This document shows, piece after piece, positions 1 to 10,195 of a stretch of 64,000 nucleotides of DNA. The notes beneath the pieces were generated by a model. That model was given only the letters and a program-made list of their open reading frames with translations. It was not told where the DNA came from and did no database searches. Position 1 is the stretch's first letter. The number at the start of each line of letters is the position of its first letter. This DNA comes from a virus: positions 21,700 to 85,699 of IMG/VR virus record IMGVR_UViG_3300028030_000008; one strand, written 5' to 3'. The position numbers were made by a program, and so were the translations under genes.

Positions 1-226
1 CAACTCTCTCACGAAGCTCGTTCCAACGACCGTCAGGGTCTTCCCATGACAGTTTTTTGATAACATCGGTATCAACACGAGTACCAATTAACTCTTCGGA
101 CTTTCGAGAGAGTTTATCAAATGTTAATCCGGGGTGAGCTAAGTAGTATTCCTTTAGAATGTCAACATGCTCGTCTTGTACGGCTGTTTTCGCCGCTCTG
201 CGATGCACAACTCTCTGTTTCGTCAT
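1..226 (-). CDS. Partial ORF, possible terminase small subunit/HTH protein
   Basis: Manual translation MTKQRVVHRRAAKTAVQDEHVDILKEYYLAHPGLTFDKLSRKSEELIGTRVDTDVIKKLSWEDPDGRWNELRERV, open to window edge; HTH-like with W..LR motif; same strand as structural genes; not in ORF track. Confidence 0.4.
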   Translation of the reverse strand, partial: MTKQRVVHRRAAKTAVQDEHVDILKEYYLAHPGLTFDKLSRKSEELIGTRVDTDVIKKLSWEDPDGRWNELRERV

Positions 227-233
227 GGTATAG

Positions 234-262
234 AGTTTACACTAATTTTACCGAAAGTTCAA
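234..262 (-). promoter_or_regulatory. Sigma70-type promoter (leaderless)
   Basis: TTGAAC-17bp-TAAACT on minus strand, ATG (226) 7 nt downstream. Confidence 0.6.
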
Positions 263-297
263 ATCAAGGTTGCTAAAATGTTAATCAACCTTTGAAT

Positions 298-326
298 TTG
301 ACAAAACAGAAAGGGTGTGCTACAAT
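298..326 (+). promoter_or_regulatory. Sigma70-type promoter, extended -10 (leaderless)
   Basis: TTGACA-17bp-TACAAT with TG, ATG at 333 six nt downstream. Confidence 0.8.
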
Positions 327-332
327 CACTTT

Positions 333-743
333 ATGGATGGATGGAACGTAAGCGACGACGTAAGAAGGCTAAACCCTGACATTTTTGGTGGCAAGCCGGT
401 GAAGCGAAATAGGAATAAGTTTGGCGCAACCAAGACAGTGGTTGACGGTATCAAGTTTGATAGCAAGGGCGAAGCAAATAGGTACTTGGAGCTCAAAGAA
501 CTTCAAGAGCTTGGCGCAATTTCAAATCTCGAACTGCAACCAAAGTTTACGCTCATTCCGGCTTTCGAGCATGGAGGGAAGAAGTACAGGGCGATGACGT
601 ACTCTGCTGATTTTCGATACACCTCTGGTACACTCACATTTGTTGAGGATTTTAAGGGTTTTGAAACAGAGGTATTTAAGATTAAGCGCAAACTTCTTTT
701 GTATCAAAATCCAAACATCAATTTCATTACCACCCGAAAATGA
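333..743 (+). CDS. DUF1064 family PD-(D/E)XK nuclease-like protein
   Basis: NKFGATKTVVDGIKFDSKGEANRY..LELQPKF..YSADFRY..VEDFKG motifs. Confidence 0.85.
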   Translation: MDGWNVSDDVRRLNPDIFGGKPVKRNRNKFGATKTVVDGIKFDSKGEANRYLELKELQELGAISNLELQPKFTLIPAFEHGGKKYRAMTYSADFRYTSGTLTFVEDFKGFETEVFKIKRKLLLYQNPNINFITTRK

Positions 744-1273
744 AAGACATTAACCTAGATTTTGACGATAGTATTCAGGCGCGCGACGACAACATTTGGA
801 TACCAACCAAAAAGTTTAGGAAGCAGTACATTCGTGTAAAACCGAGATACCGAAACAAGATCGAGGTTGTTGAGGATTACGAGGGTAATCTCGTTGAGGA
901 AATTCCAGATGAAGAATACCGCTTGAGAATAGAGCGCCCACGAAGAACGCATTTCAAAGGGAGGGAAAGCGCGGGGACTAGAGGAGAGTGGGATTGGTTG
1001 ATAAAAATAGCGCAAGAGGTTATCAACGAATACGGAGATAAACCTGTAGAGTCAAAGAAAATAGTGGCTCTAATTTGCCCAAAGTACAACATGGCGCAGC
1101 AAACTCTTTCTCAGAGGCTAAGAAGATGTTGGCGCAGGGGGTGGATAAGGCGTTGGCAAATGCACAATAATCGAGGAGAGGCAATAGGGAGACACGGTAA
1201 AAAATTGCCCCACTTCTGGAAATTTGAAAGGATAGATGATGACAAATTTGGACACCCAAGAATTGACTATTAA
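740..1273 (+). CDS. Hypothetical protein, possible C-terminal winged helix
   Basis: 177 aa ORF, ATGA-type coupling to upstream gene. Confidence 0.55.
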   Translation: MKDINLDFDDSIQARDDNIWIPTKKFRKQYIRVKPRYRNKIEVVEDYEGNLVEEIPDEEYRLRIERPRRTHFKGRESAGTRGEWDWLIKIAQEVINEYGDKPVESKKIVALICPKYNMAQQTLSQRLRRCWRRGWIRRWQMHNNRGEAIGRHGKKLPHFWKFERIDDDKFGHPRIDY

Positions 1274-1532
1274 CGAGAATGACAAACGGTGGGAGATTTT
1301 GTATAAAATCCTACTCGCCGAGTACAAAACACAAGAGCCGCAAGTTTCTCTGACAATTAGAGAAATGGGACATCGTATGGCGATGGTGCTTGGACAAGAT
1401 GCGTCAATTTCGAGTAGCGTGATTGCCCACTATCTCAAAAAGTTAAAGGATAATGGGTATATTGATTTTCCAAAAATGCGCCCCGGTGTGAAGTCGCGGG
1501 ACGCAAGTAAAATTATTTTGAAACAGGTCTAG
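1236..1532 (+). CDS. Winged-helix DNA-binding protein (LexA-DBD-like)
   Basis: TIREMG..ISSSVIAHYLKKLKDNGYI pattern. Confidence 0.6.
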   Translation: MMTNLDTQELTINENDKRWEILYKILLAEYKTQEPQVSLTIREMGHRMAMVLGQDASISSSVIAHYLKKLKDNGYIDFPKMRPGVKSRDASKIILKQV

Positions 1533-1541
1533 GAGGGCCAA

Positions 1542-1805
1542 ATGAAACCGTTTTACAAAAGCAAGACCATGATATTCAATGCGGCGCTCGCAGCTTCGCC
1601 GTTCATCGTTGCAGCTTTAGTGTGGCTGCAATCTGTTTTCACCAATGAGGAATTTCTACCTGCGCTTGCATCTTTGTTGGCCGTACTTGGTGTAAATCTT
1701 GATATGGCGCTATCTGCGTCTGTTGTTACAGTTCTTGTTGCGGTGATTGGTATGATTTTGCGCTCAGTCACCGATACCGGCATTACCTTCAAGAAACTAT
1801 GGTAA
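1542..1805 (+). CDS. Putative holin
   Basis: 87 aa, KPFYKSKT N-terminus, 2-3 hydrophobic segments, GGAGG RBS, next to hydrolase. Confidence 0.65.
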   Translation: MKPFYKSKTMIFNAALAASPFIVAALVWLQSVFTNEEFLPALASLLAVLGVNLDMALSASVVTVLVAVIGMILRSVTDTGITFKKLW

Positions 1806-1908
1806 ACTACTGGCTAGAAGCAGTGACTATAGCGGTTCACTTGCTGGTACAAGTGTTCGTTGTAGTCGCTGCTTCACCTGCTTCGGTGCACGGGAGTCTC
1901 GTTGAAAA

Positions 1909-2331
1909 ATGGGAAGCAGCTTTTATCTTACTCGTTATCTCTTTATTAAATTTCGCGTTGTACTCATCATTGCGGTCTTATTTTTCGGAATTATATATCC
2001 CGCAAGCGCGGGTTCACCGGATATTGAGCTTGCAAGAATCCTCGAAGGAGAAGCATCATTCGAGGACTGTGGATTCTTAGGACTTATTGCTGTAGCGCAT
2101 GTTTATAGCCGTAATAGTATAATGTACGGTTACGCAAAATCATCTCCGCAATCAAGGTTGGTGGCAGAAGTGTGGGAAAGTATACCCGACCCAACACACA
2201 ACTCAACATATATTTTTGGTGAAGCAGATTTACAAAAAAGTAAAGTGCGCTTGCTAGTATCAAAGGAAAAGCTCAAGCTAAAGTTGAGGGTACGCTGTAA
2301 TAGCGGAGACTTATTCGCGTATGGAAAATGA
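1909..2331 (+). CDS. SleB-like (Hydrolase_2) cell wall hydrolase with N-terminal signal/TM
   Basis: LARILEGEA..G.IAVAHV..R and DPTHNSTY motifs. Confidence 0.65.
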   Translation: MGSSFYLTRYLFIKFRVVLIIAVLFFGIIYPASAGSPDIELARILEGEASFEDCGFLGLIAVAHVYSRNSIMYGYAKSSPQSRLVAEVWESIPDPTHNSTYIFGEADLQKSKVRLLVSKEKLKLKLRVRCNSGDLFAYGK

Positions 2332-2340
2332 GGTTTAGAA

Positions 2341-2898
2341 ATGACAAATGACTTACAATCCGCAGCTATACACATCTACGGTAGTGACGCTCTAGCTATA
2401 GGCAGGAATTTGATTTACCAAGATTCTGGGCTAGACACTTCAATTGATTTCGTGGACGGTATCTTGCCGCAAGTTAATGTGCTACTCTTGCACCCAGACG
2501 CAAAGATGCCAGCGCGTGGGAGAAAAGGCGACATTGGGTATGATGTAAGAGCTGTAGAAAAAACTGTAATTCCGTTTGGTGGATTTATGTGGGTTTCTAC
2601 TGGAATTGCAATGTCGTTTCCAAAGTATTTGTGGTATGAAGTTAAGCCAAGGAGTGGATTTTCCTTAAACAGGGGAATTTTCGTTCATCCCGGGACAATC
2701 GAGCATACATACACCGGGGAACTCAAAATTGGTATTCTCAACCTTGGAGGTAATTTCGGCAATGAATTGGTCATCAACAAAAGCCAACGTATCGCTCAAA
2801 TCCTGTGGCATAAAAGGGTGGATGTAACGCACAATGAAGTTGACAAGCTCCAAGAAACAGAAAGAGGGGCGCAGGGGTTTGGGAGTAGCGGGCTGTGA
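2341..2898 (+). CDS. dut: Trimeric dUTPase
   Basis: GYDVRA, PRSG, GTIEHTYTGE, RIAQ, RGAQGFGSSG motifs. Confidence 0.95.
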   Translation: MTNDLQSAAIHIYGSDALAIGRNLIYQDSGLDTSIDFVDGILPQVNVLLLHPDAKMPARGRKGDIGYDVRAVEKTVIPFGGFMWVSTGIAMSFPKYLWYEVKPRSGFSLNRGIFVHPGTIEHTYTGELKIGILNLGGNFGNELVINKSQRIAQILWHKRVDVTHNEVDKLQETERGAQGFGSSGL

Positions 2899-3152
2899 CA
2901 AGGGAAACCGCAGAATACTATAGCGAACTTGCAGAGTTGGGTTGTATTATTTGTCAAATGCCCGCCGAGATACATCACTTGACCGGCGCTGGGATGGCGC
3001 TTAAAAGCGAAAACGCAATACCGCTCTGCCCTCGACATCACAGAACGGGCGGATATGGAGTAGCTATTCACGCCGGAGAAAAGAAGTGGGAAGAAAACTT
3101 TGGAACGCAAGAGGAACTACTTGAGAGAGTAAAGAAGTTAATCGGTGACTAA
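2895..3152 (+). CDS. Ref/DUF968-like HNH-type nuclease
   Basis: GCIIC..AEIHH..IPLCPRHHR..H..WEENFGTQEELL. Confidence 0.75.
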   Translation: MTRETAEYYSELAELGCIICQMPAEIHHLTGAGMALKSENAIPLCPRHHRTGGYGVAIHAGEKKWEENFGTQEELLERVKKLIGD

Positions 3153-3438
3153 TAAACAAACAGCAGCGTTATTGAAACTTCTGAGACTTAAACTGGAAGC
3201 CGAAATATACGAAGCAGACGCTACACTTGGGGATAATGTTGTTAGAGTGCAAAATGACAAGTACATCGGCAATAACAGATTCGGAGAATTTCTAAGTTCC
3301 CCAATAACGCACCCCAATAAATGGGAAAAAGAGGATGGATTGGCCGTTGCATTAACCGGATTACTAGCCTTTACCATTGAAATCGAGGAAATAGAAGAAA
3401 TGCTAACGAGTGGTACAGAAGATGAAGACTCCGCCTGA
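3145..3438 (+). CDS. Hypothetical protein
   Basis: Coupled ORF in operon. Confidence 0.5.
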   Translation: MTNKQTAALLKLLRLKLEAEIYEADATLGDNVVRVQNDKYIGNNRFGEFLSSPITHPNKWEKEDGLAVALTGLLAFTIEIEEIEEMLTSGTEDEDSA

Positions 3439-4078
3439 AAAAGTTCTAAACGAAGTAAGCGAAAACGAGGAAATCACATACTGGACTCGTCGCTCTGAAT
3501 ATGAGATGGTCGAGGAGTTCGCTGAGGGATTTCTGTACATTTGGGTTTGGTCATTAGCAATGTTGGATATTTCCAACGCACTCGACATGCCATCAATTTT
3601 GTATGGCCTTCTGTTTAATCTCTTGTTTATCTGGACAATGGTTCGTGAATTTATCGAGTGGAAAGCAGAAGTACATGTTGTTACAGAGTACATTAGTGAC
3701 AAAGGTGGGTCTTACTACAAATTTTGGGGAGCTTTTAGGCAGAGAGACAAGGAAATCCCAATCTCAGGTTCATCGCCGGATATTTCGACAGATACGCTAC
3801 TCAGTGCAAGAATTTGGAGATTTATAACAGGCGAACATCTAAAAAAAATCACTTTGTCGTCTCAAGGGCGCACGTATATCAATGGTAGTAAAATGTCGCC
3901 ACAACTAAAAGCTGCAATCAAATCCGCCAGAGGAAGCCCAGCGGAAAAGAATGAAGCCGATTCTGATACAGTGCAGATTGCAAGAGAAGTCAGGAGGATG
4001 ATGAAGGACGGCACGCTTAGTAAGCACGAGGCAAGGCACTACGCAAGAAACTTAATCGAGAGAGCGGTAAATGGATAA
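3410..4078 (+). CDS. Membrane protein (2 TM)
   Basis: Two hydrophobic segments then soluble domain. Confidence 0.6.
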   Translation: MVQKMKTPPEKVLNEVSENEEITYWTRRSEYEMVEEFAEGFLYIWVWSLAMLDISNALDMPSILYGLLFNLLFIWTMVREFIEWKAEVHVVTEYISDKGGSYYKFWGAFRQRDKEIPISGSSPDISTDTLLSARIWRFITGEHLKKITLSSQGRTYINGSKMSPQLKAAIKSARGSPAEKNEADSDTVQIAREVRRMMKDGTLSKHEARHYARNLIERAVNG

Positions 4079-4627
<549 letters not shown>

Positions 4628-4646
4628 ATAGCGGGGCTAGGTAAGT

Positions 4647-5915
4647 ATGGAAGTTCAAACCTCGTGGTGGTTAATCCCACTTCTAGTAGAAGCAGCATTT
4701 AGAATAATCAGCAAAGGCAGAATAAAGCCTTCCGTTATGATTGGTACGCTTTTGTATGGCGTTTTCCTGATTTTGCTTAGAATTTACTCGAAGATTTACT
4801 CGAAGATTCAGGAGAATCGCTTCCAGAGAGCGATGCAAGCAAAAGAACTACCAAAGATCGCCAGAAACGCAACCGAAGCTGCATCAATTCATCGTTTGAA
4901 GCCAATGGAGGTTGTAAGCGGTAAACGTGGTAGAAGATTAGTCAAAACCAACTACCTTAGACATCACACGCTTATTGCATCACTGACAGGTGGTGGAAAA
5001 ACCAATTACATCAACTCGATGCTAGTTCAGTTCTTCTCAAAAGGTGTTGAATTTACTGATGTTGCAGACGTTTACCTGTTTGACTTGAAGGGAGTTGAGG
5101 AAGACTACTTGCACCTCTGGAAGCCTGTCGTGAAAGGCTACTTTAGCATCACGGCGGAAGGAAGCGGAATTAACAAGGCGATTGAGCAGCTTGAGGAAGT
5201 GGCTGACTTGCTCAAAAAGCCAAAGAGAAAGCACGCTATTGTTATTATCGACGAGGTTGCAAGTCTTACATCTTTTATCAAAGACCCCCAAATCAGGCAT
5301 TGGAGCGAAGCCACCCTTGATAAGTTGGCAATGCAATTACGCTCTCGCGGGACGCTGATTATAGCAACTCAGTATCCCAAGTTTGACATTATAGGGAGAG
5401 GTGTGACATCAAACTTGCCGCGCAAAATTGGTTTTATGGTAGACGATGTTAGTCAGGGGGAATTGATATTCAGAAGTAGGCCAAAGGAAAAAGATTTACC
5501 AAGATACCCCGGTGAGTTTTTAGTGAAAGAACCGGGAACAAGAGGGTTGATTTCCGGTAAATCCTTCCTCGTAAACTTACCCGACGAAATCAATAGCGCC
5601 GTAAAGAAGGTGCTTGATACCCAAATACAAGGAGACGCAAGGCTTGAATTTCTTGGGAAAATGATAGCAAATAAAGAAGTGGGAGCATCTCTCTTGGGTG
5701 TTAATAAGTTATCTGGTAACGGCTCCGGGATAAGGCAAGGGGATGCTCTGAGTATGCAAAGAAACTTTGTAGCAGCGAGTGCGTTAATTCCACCAAGCAA
5801 AAGAGGGCAACCGCACAAGCTGGCAGTAAGCTACGCAGAGGCATTTGGGCTTGTAAAAAAGTACATCGACGATGGTAGATGGGTAGAGGGATTGCCGCCG
5901 TCGCTGACAAAGTGA
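4647..5915 (+). CDS. FtsK/SpoIIIE-like P-loop ATPase with N-terminal membrane anchor
   Basis: HTLIASLTGGGKT Walker A, DLKG, IIDEVA Walker B, IIATQYP. Confidence 0.8.
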   Translation: MEVQTSWWLIPLLVEAAFRIISKGRIKPSVMIGTLLYGVFLILLRIYSKIYSKIQENRFQRAMQAKELPKIARNATEAASIHRLKPMEVVSGKRGRRLVKTNYLRHHTLIASLTGGGKTNYINSMLVQFFSKGVEFTDVADVYLFDLKGVEEDYLHLWKPVVKGYFSITAEGSGINKAIEQLEEVADLLKKPKRKHAIVIIDEVASLTSFIKDPQIRHWSEATLDKLAMQLRSRGTLIIATQYPKFDIIGRGVTSNLPRKIGFMVDDVSQGELIFRSRPKEKDLPRYPGEFLVKEPGTRGLISGKSFLVNLPDEINSAVKKVLDTQIQGDARLEFLGKMIANKEVGASLLGVNKLSGNGSGIRQGDALSMQRNFVAASALIPPSKRGQPHKLAVSYAEAFGLVKKYIDDGRWVEGLPPSLTK

Positions 5916-5924
5916 GGAGGAGTA

Positions 5925-6506
5925 ATGAGGGTTTTAGTTGCATGTGAATTTTCAGGGATAGTAAGGAGTGAATTTGCCAAGCTCGGACACGATGCTTGGA
6001 GTTGTGATTTACTCGAAACAGAAATTCCGGGTAATCATATCGTTGGGGACGTTTTAGATGTACTTGATGACGGATGGGATTTAATGATAGCACATCCCCC
6101 GTGTACGTATTTGTCAAACAGCGGAGTTAGGTGGCTACACACGCAAGAGGGGCGTTGGCAAAAAATGAAAGATGGGGCTACATTTTCCAGAAAGCTACTA
6201 AACGCGAATGTTCCAATGGTGGCCGCTGAGAATCCAATTCCTCACAAATACGCTGTAAATATAATTGGGGAAAAATACACCCAGATCATTCAGCCTTGGC
6301 AATTTGGTCACGGAGAGCAAAAAGCTACTTGTTTATGGCTACGAAACTTGCCGCCGTTAGTACCAACTAACATTGTTACAGGTAGGAAACAAAGGATATG
6401 GAAATTGCCACCAACGAAAGATAGATGGAAACTGAGAAGCGTAACCTACAAGGGAATCGCGGAGGCAATGGCGATGCAATGGGGAGGGAGCAAAAGTGGA
6501 CATTAG
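5925..6506 (+). CDS. Phage DNA cytosine-5 methyltransferase-like protein
   Basis: MRVLVACEFSG..AHPPCTYL..ENP motifs. Confidence 0.8.
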   Translation: MRVLVACEFSGIVRSEFAKLGHDAWSCDLLETEIPGNHIVGDVLDVLDDGWDLMIAHPPCTYLSNSGVRWLHTQEGRWQKMKDGATFSRKLLNANVPMVAAENPIPHKYAVNIIGEKYTQIIQPWQFGHGEQKATCLWLRNLPPLVPTNIVTGRKQRIWKLPPTKDRWKLRSVTYKGIAEAMAMQWGGSKSGH

Positions 6507-6879
6507 AACAATTGAAAAACTTGCTATCGAACTAGAAGATAAACTCAGCAAGGAAATTTCAGGAGTTGAATGGCAAGCTGGCATCCTTGTTAAAAAGAAG
6601 CTAATCGAGTTGACTGGTATCGCGGCGATTGATGGCCGACGCTCTACTACTCGTAGATTGCTCCTCCCTGAATTTGTGGAGGCAACAAGGGATGAGAATA
6701 TAATAATACAAATTAAAGAAGCCTTTCAGTCATTTCTCGAAAAAGTAACAGGAGTGCGGGGCGGAGTGTACCAACCTAAAGACTCAGAAGAAGGAGAGAA
6801 GCAAATGAAGGCATTAACAGTAGTCGATGCAGTAGAGAAGAAAAGAAAACTCGAAACAGGAGGTGGTAATGGATATTGA
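6496..6879 (+). CDS. Hypothetical protein (paralogue of next gene)
   Basis: N-terminus aligns with 6869..7138. Confidence 0.6.
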   Translation: MDIRTIEKLAIELEDKLSKEISGVEWQAGILVKKKLIELTGIAAIDGRRSTTRRLLLPEFVEATRDENIIIQIKEAFQSFLEKVTGVRGGVYQPKDSEEGEKQMKALTVVDAVEKKRKLETGGGNGY

Positions 6880-7138
6880 CAAAATAAAGGAGCTCGCTGT
6901 CAAACTAGAGAATGGTTTTGATAAAACTATCCCAGATTGCGGGTGGCAAGCAAAAGTTTTTGAGGATAAGGAAGTGATTAGGCTAACTGGCTTTATTGAT
7001 TACCCTCGCTATGCCATTCGTAAAAAAATAAACATTGAATTTGCGTACAAAACAAGTAAAGGCATGGCGTTATTGCAAACAATGCTAAAACTTGATAAAT
7101 CTATGTGTAAGCTTCTCAAGAGTGCGGCGACTACATAA
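6869..7138 (+). CDS. Hypothetical protein (paralogue of previous gene)
   Basis: MDI..I..LA..LE..WQA..I.LTG shared. Confidence 0.6.
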   Translation: MDIDKIKELAVKLENGFDKTIPDCGWQAKVFEDKEVIRLTGFIDYPRYAIRKKINIEFAYKTSKGMALLQTMLKLDKSMCKLLKSAATT

Positions 7139-7638
7139 TGCCAAACAGACCAACACATACCAAGATTACAATAGCACTAACAGCAAGTAGTCTGATACCG
7201 GCAATTATGATTGGGGCAGATGCGGCCATTCCGTTTCTTGGCGGAATTGCTTCCACGCTGTCAGTGAAACTTGGTAAATACTGGGTGGCGCTCAACCCTG
7301 ACCTAGACATTGTTCAAAACAACTCGGACTTAGCAAAAATGTTGGGCTTTTCATCCTACCAGCAATCAATTTCCCACAGGTCTGGATTGACAAAATCAAG
7401 TTGGAGGTATGTAGCAAAAAATCCACTTAATCTGATATGGATGTCTCATCTTCCCGTCATTGGGACGTTACCGAGATTTCTTATTGTATTGATTTTACTT
7501 GGGATTGTCGCGTTAATGCTTGGGGTTGAGTTAAAGGCGGTGTGGATACTGTGGTGGTTTCTGGGAATGGCGTGGTCTGATCTATGGCATATTATCGCGG
7601 ATATTTCGTGGAGTTGGATAAAAAGTAAGTGGAAATAA
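7138..7638 (+). CDS. DUF2227-like metal-binding membrane protein
   Basis: MP...TH, PDLD, HR, SH.P.IGTL.R, HIIAD. Confidence 0.7.
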   Translation: MPNRPTHTKITIALTASSLIPAIMIGADAAIPFLGGIASTLSVKLGKYWVALNPDLDIVQNNSDLAKMLGFSSYQQSISHRSGLTKSSWRYVAKNPLNLIWMSHLPVIGTLPRFLIVLILLGIVALMLGVELKAVWILWWFLGMAWSDLWHIIADISWSWIKSKWK

Positions 7639-7643
7639 CAGGC

Positions 7644-8036
7644 TTACCGCTTCGACAAAGACGGTTGCCGCTCTGGACACCCAAAAGGTTTTAGTTGGTT
7701 AGGGTTATCCAATATGCACTCATCCAATGGACAATTAAGGCACAATTCTCGACCAAGTTCGCATACCTTCCAGGGGGCTGACGATGCCAAAAAATCATTT
7801 CCGTTTCCATTACTAGCCCCTCTCCCCTTCCCTACATTCTTTGGTCTAACTATAGTTATGTTCATCAGGCCAGCTTCTTTAATTCTACGAAGGCGATACC
7901 AAACTGCTTGCATTGAATGAACTTCCGTAGCCAACCAAACCTTCTCCCGAATATCAGATACACCAACGGTTGCGCCGGGTGGAAAAACAGCATTGATTTC
8001 CTCAATCCACTTAGGCGCTTTAGATACTGCTTTCAA
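7644..8036 (-). CDS. Hypothetical protein, wHTH-like with Cys-rich C-terminus
   Basis: CLNCPLDEC motif. Confidence 0.5.
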   Translation of the reverse strand: MKAVSKAPKWIEEINAVFPPGATVGVSDIREKVWLATEVHSMQAVWYRLRRIKEAGLMNITIVRPKNVGKGRGASNGNGNDFLASSAPWKVCELGRELCLNCPLDECILDNPNQLKPFGCPERQPSLSKR

Positions 8037-8038
8037 CT

Positions 8039-8227
8039 CTACCCCTCCTCAGCCATATCTAATCCAAAGTAATGTTCGTTTTCCTCTGCCTTTTCCTCTA
8101 ACTCTCTTTCTTCTTGTACTATTTTTCTCCATAAATTCTGTAGTCTTCTGTAATCCTCACCATCCCCGACAGATGCAGCAACACTCATTGCGTTAAGAAC
8201 AGCTTGCTTCCTGTCACTTGCGTACAT
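8039..8227 (-). CDS. Small hypothetical protein
   Basis: AAGGAGG RBS. Confidence 0.55.
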   Translation of the reverse strand: MYASDRKQAVLNAMSVAASVGDGEDYRRLQNLWRKIVQEERELEEKAEENEHYFGLDMAEEG

Positions 8228-8236
8228 AAAACCTCC

Positions 8237-8761
8237 TTAAGAATTATCATCATTTGTTTTCGGTGAAACCATCTTTATTGAACTATGCAACAACCCAAGC
8301 TGTCGCCATGCCAATGTATCTGAAAGACGAACAACAGTTGTAGTGTGATGCGGCTTAATATTCAATAGAGCGCGTCTTTGCTGCTCGTGTAGCCAATAAA
8401 ACAATGTAGTTAAGGTTTTTAACAACACCCAGTAGGTGAGAATAATAGTGCCAAGTGAAATGATAGAGCCAATAACAGTCCCGGCAAGCAGCATAACGGA
8501 CAGCGAAAAGCTATGCCAACGATCTGCTAACGCAAACAGGAAGGCATTTCTACGCACGGCAAACGCCTCCCATGTATCCTTGCTCGACTGTCGATACGCC
8601 AAACGCTTACTCTCTTCTCCTCTCTCCCCTGCGATTTTCATAACAGTACGAGCGCTTTCTCGTTGCTCTACCGCACTATCAACACCACGAACCCCGATTA
8701 CACCAAGAACAACGCAGCAAAAAAGAAGACCGGCTATGACGGTAACAATAACGTTATCCAC
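8237..8761 (-). CDS. Membrane protein (2 TM)
   Basis: Hydrophobic N-terminus and central segment. Confidence 0.6.
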   Translation of the reverse strand: MDNVIVTVIAGLLFCCVVLGVIGVRGVDSAVEQRESARTVMKIAGERGEESKRLAYRQSSKDTWEAFAVRRNAFLFALADRWHSFSLSVMLLAGTVIGSIISLGTIILTYWVLLKTLTTLFYWLHEQQRRALLNIKPHHTTTVVRLSDTLAWRQLGLLHSSIKMVSPKTNDDNS

Positions 8762-8764
8762 AGT

Positions 8765-9319
8765 TTACCCCCTGTAAAACAGACGTGTATCTCCGGGCGT
8801 TTCAGGACTTTGCAAAGCATACGCCGCTGAGATTTGCTGGTACATCTCTCGTTTTGACTGCCCAGGCTGTAAAACAAAGAGCGTCTGCGTCGGAGGCGGC
8901 AATTTATTTCTGGCATTTGCCAACAACCCAAGCAAGAAAATCGCAACAATGACAATGCCGATTGTTCCAACAACGCCAATCCCAAACAATGTCAGCGCCA
9001 TTATTATGGCAACGCTATGAGTTGAAGAAGTCAACCCCATAGAAAAACTTTGAGCCGCACTCAAGGAACGTTCACTAAAAGCTGCTGCACTTGCCTGCAC
9101 TCGCTCACTGTAAGCCTGAGCGCTATCCAAGCGGCTGTCACCTTTGGCGCGAATGACGCTCGCCTCTCCTTGATAACGAGAATACACCTCATGCGCCCTC
9201 GCCGCATACTTGTCCGCAGCCGTATTATTGAGATAACCAAGACCAAAAATACCGGCCAATACTAACACGGCTATTAAAATAATCCCGAAGAATACGCTCG
9301 CTGCTCCGTTCATTTGCAC
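8765..9319 (-). CDS. Membrane protein (2 TM)
   Basis: Same TM-helical-TM layout as 8237..8761. Confidence 0.6.
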   Translation of the reverse strand: MQMNGAASVFFGIILIAVLVLAGIFGLGYLNNTAADKYAARAHEVYSRYQGEASVIRAKGDSRLDSAQAYSERVQASAAAFSERSLSAAQSFSMGLTSSTHSVAIIMALTLFGIGVVGTIGIVIVAIFLLGLLANARNKLPPPTQTLFVLQPGQSKREMYQQISAAYALQSPETPGDTRLFYRG

Positions 9320-9507
9320 TCCTCCTTAACAAGAAAAACGCATCTTGGGTAAGTATCCCTAGGGTCACTCTTTACCCTCTGGATTACGCCTCTATCCTGC
9401 AAGGACTGAATTGTTTCGGCTCTACGCTGATTCTTAGTTACCCAGAATATGGATACCACAGGGTGCGTTCGCAAAAAGGTGATGATTGCTTTTTCGTGCC
9501 TGTTCAT
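9310..9507 (-). CDS. Small hypothetical protein
   Basis: Coupled ORF. Confidence 0.5.
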   Translation of the reverse strand: MNRHEKAIITFLRTHPVVSIFWVTKNQRRAETIQSLQDRGVIQRVKSDPRDTYPRCVFLVKEECK

Positions 9508-9896
9508 TAAGTATACCTCTTTTTCTTCGTGAGTTTATTAAACACGTACCGCGCAAATCCAATACGCCCTTGCATTTGACGTTTCGAGAAGGCCACAGCG
9601 AGCCCCGGCGGAATAGGGATACTGCCGGCGACTATGTTAATGCCATTCACCATAAGTAGCCACTGCGTCCAATAAGACTGTGATTTTGCTACAGTCAAGG
9701 ATAAGTAGATGTCGTCTTTGCTTTCCTTGAATACCTTACCGTTGAAATCAAAAACATTCCACACATCAACATTATTGGATTTCAACATACGCTTGACATC
9801 TCCGATAGACCAATCTAGTAGGGCAATGTCAAACTCATGCGTTTTCCCGTGTTGAATTTTCTTGTAAAGCGTATGAAAGAATGATAGCATATACAC
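9507..9896 (-). CDS. Hypothetical protein
   Basis: GAGG RBS, coupled ORF. Confidence 0.55.
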   Translation of the reverse strand: MYMLSFFHTLYKKIQHGKTHEFDIALLDWSIGDVKRMLKSNNVDVWNVFDFNGKVFKESKDDIYLSLTVAKSQSYWTQWLLMVNGINIVAGSIPIPPGLAVAFSKRQMQGRIGFARYVFNKLTKKKRYT

Positions 9897-9926
9897 CTCG
9901 CTCCCTAGTTATCCATTTCCATCTTG

Positions 9927-10169
9927 CTATAGCGGTTTTTTGTACTCTCGTTGTTTTGCGGAATCCCGAATAATAAACGTTGGGCTAGAGAGCATTTCAA
10001 GTAACTTGGCGTTCTGCTCTAAGATTATTTCATTTTGATCTAAAACGCGATGGATAAATTTCACCCTATCCTTATCCATTCCCATTTTCTCGATATTCGG
10101 TTTCCATGTAGCCGATACACTATCCGCTGAATATGTTTTTGCCGTCCTAGCTGTATACTCTTTTGTCAT
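9927..10169 (-). CDS. Hypothetical protein
   Basis: AAGGAG RBS. Confidence 0.55.
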   Translation of the reverse strand: MTKEYTARTAKTYSADSVSATWKPNIEKMGMDKDRVKFIHRVLDQNEIILEQNAKLLEMLSSPTFIIRDSAKQREYKKPL

Positions 10170-10195
10170 CTTAAACTCCTTTCTCTATAAGCATT

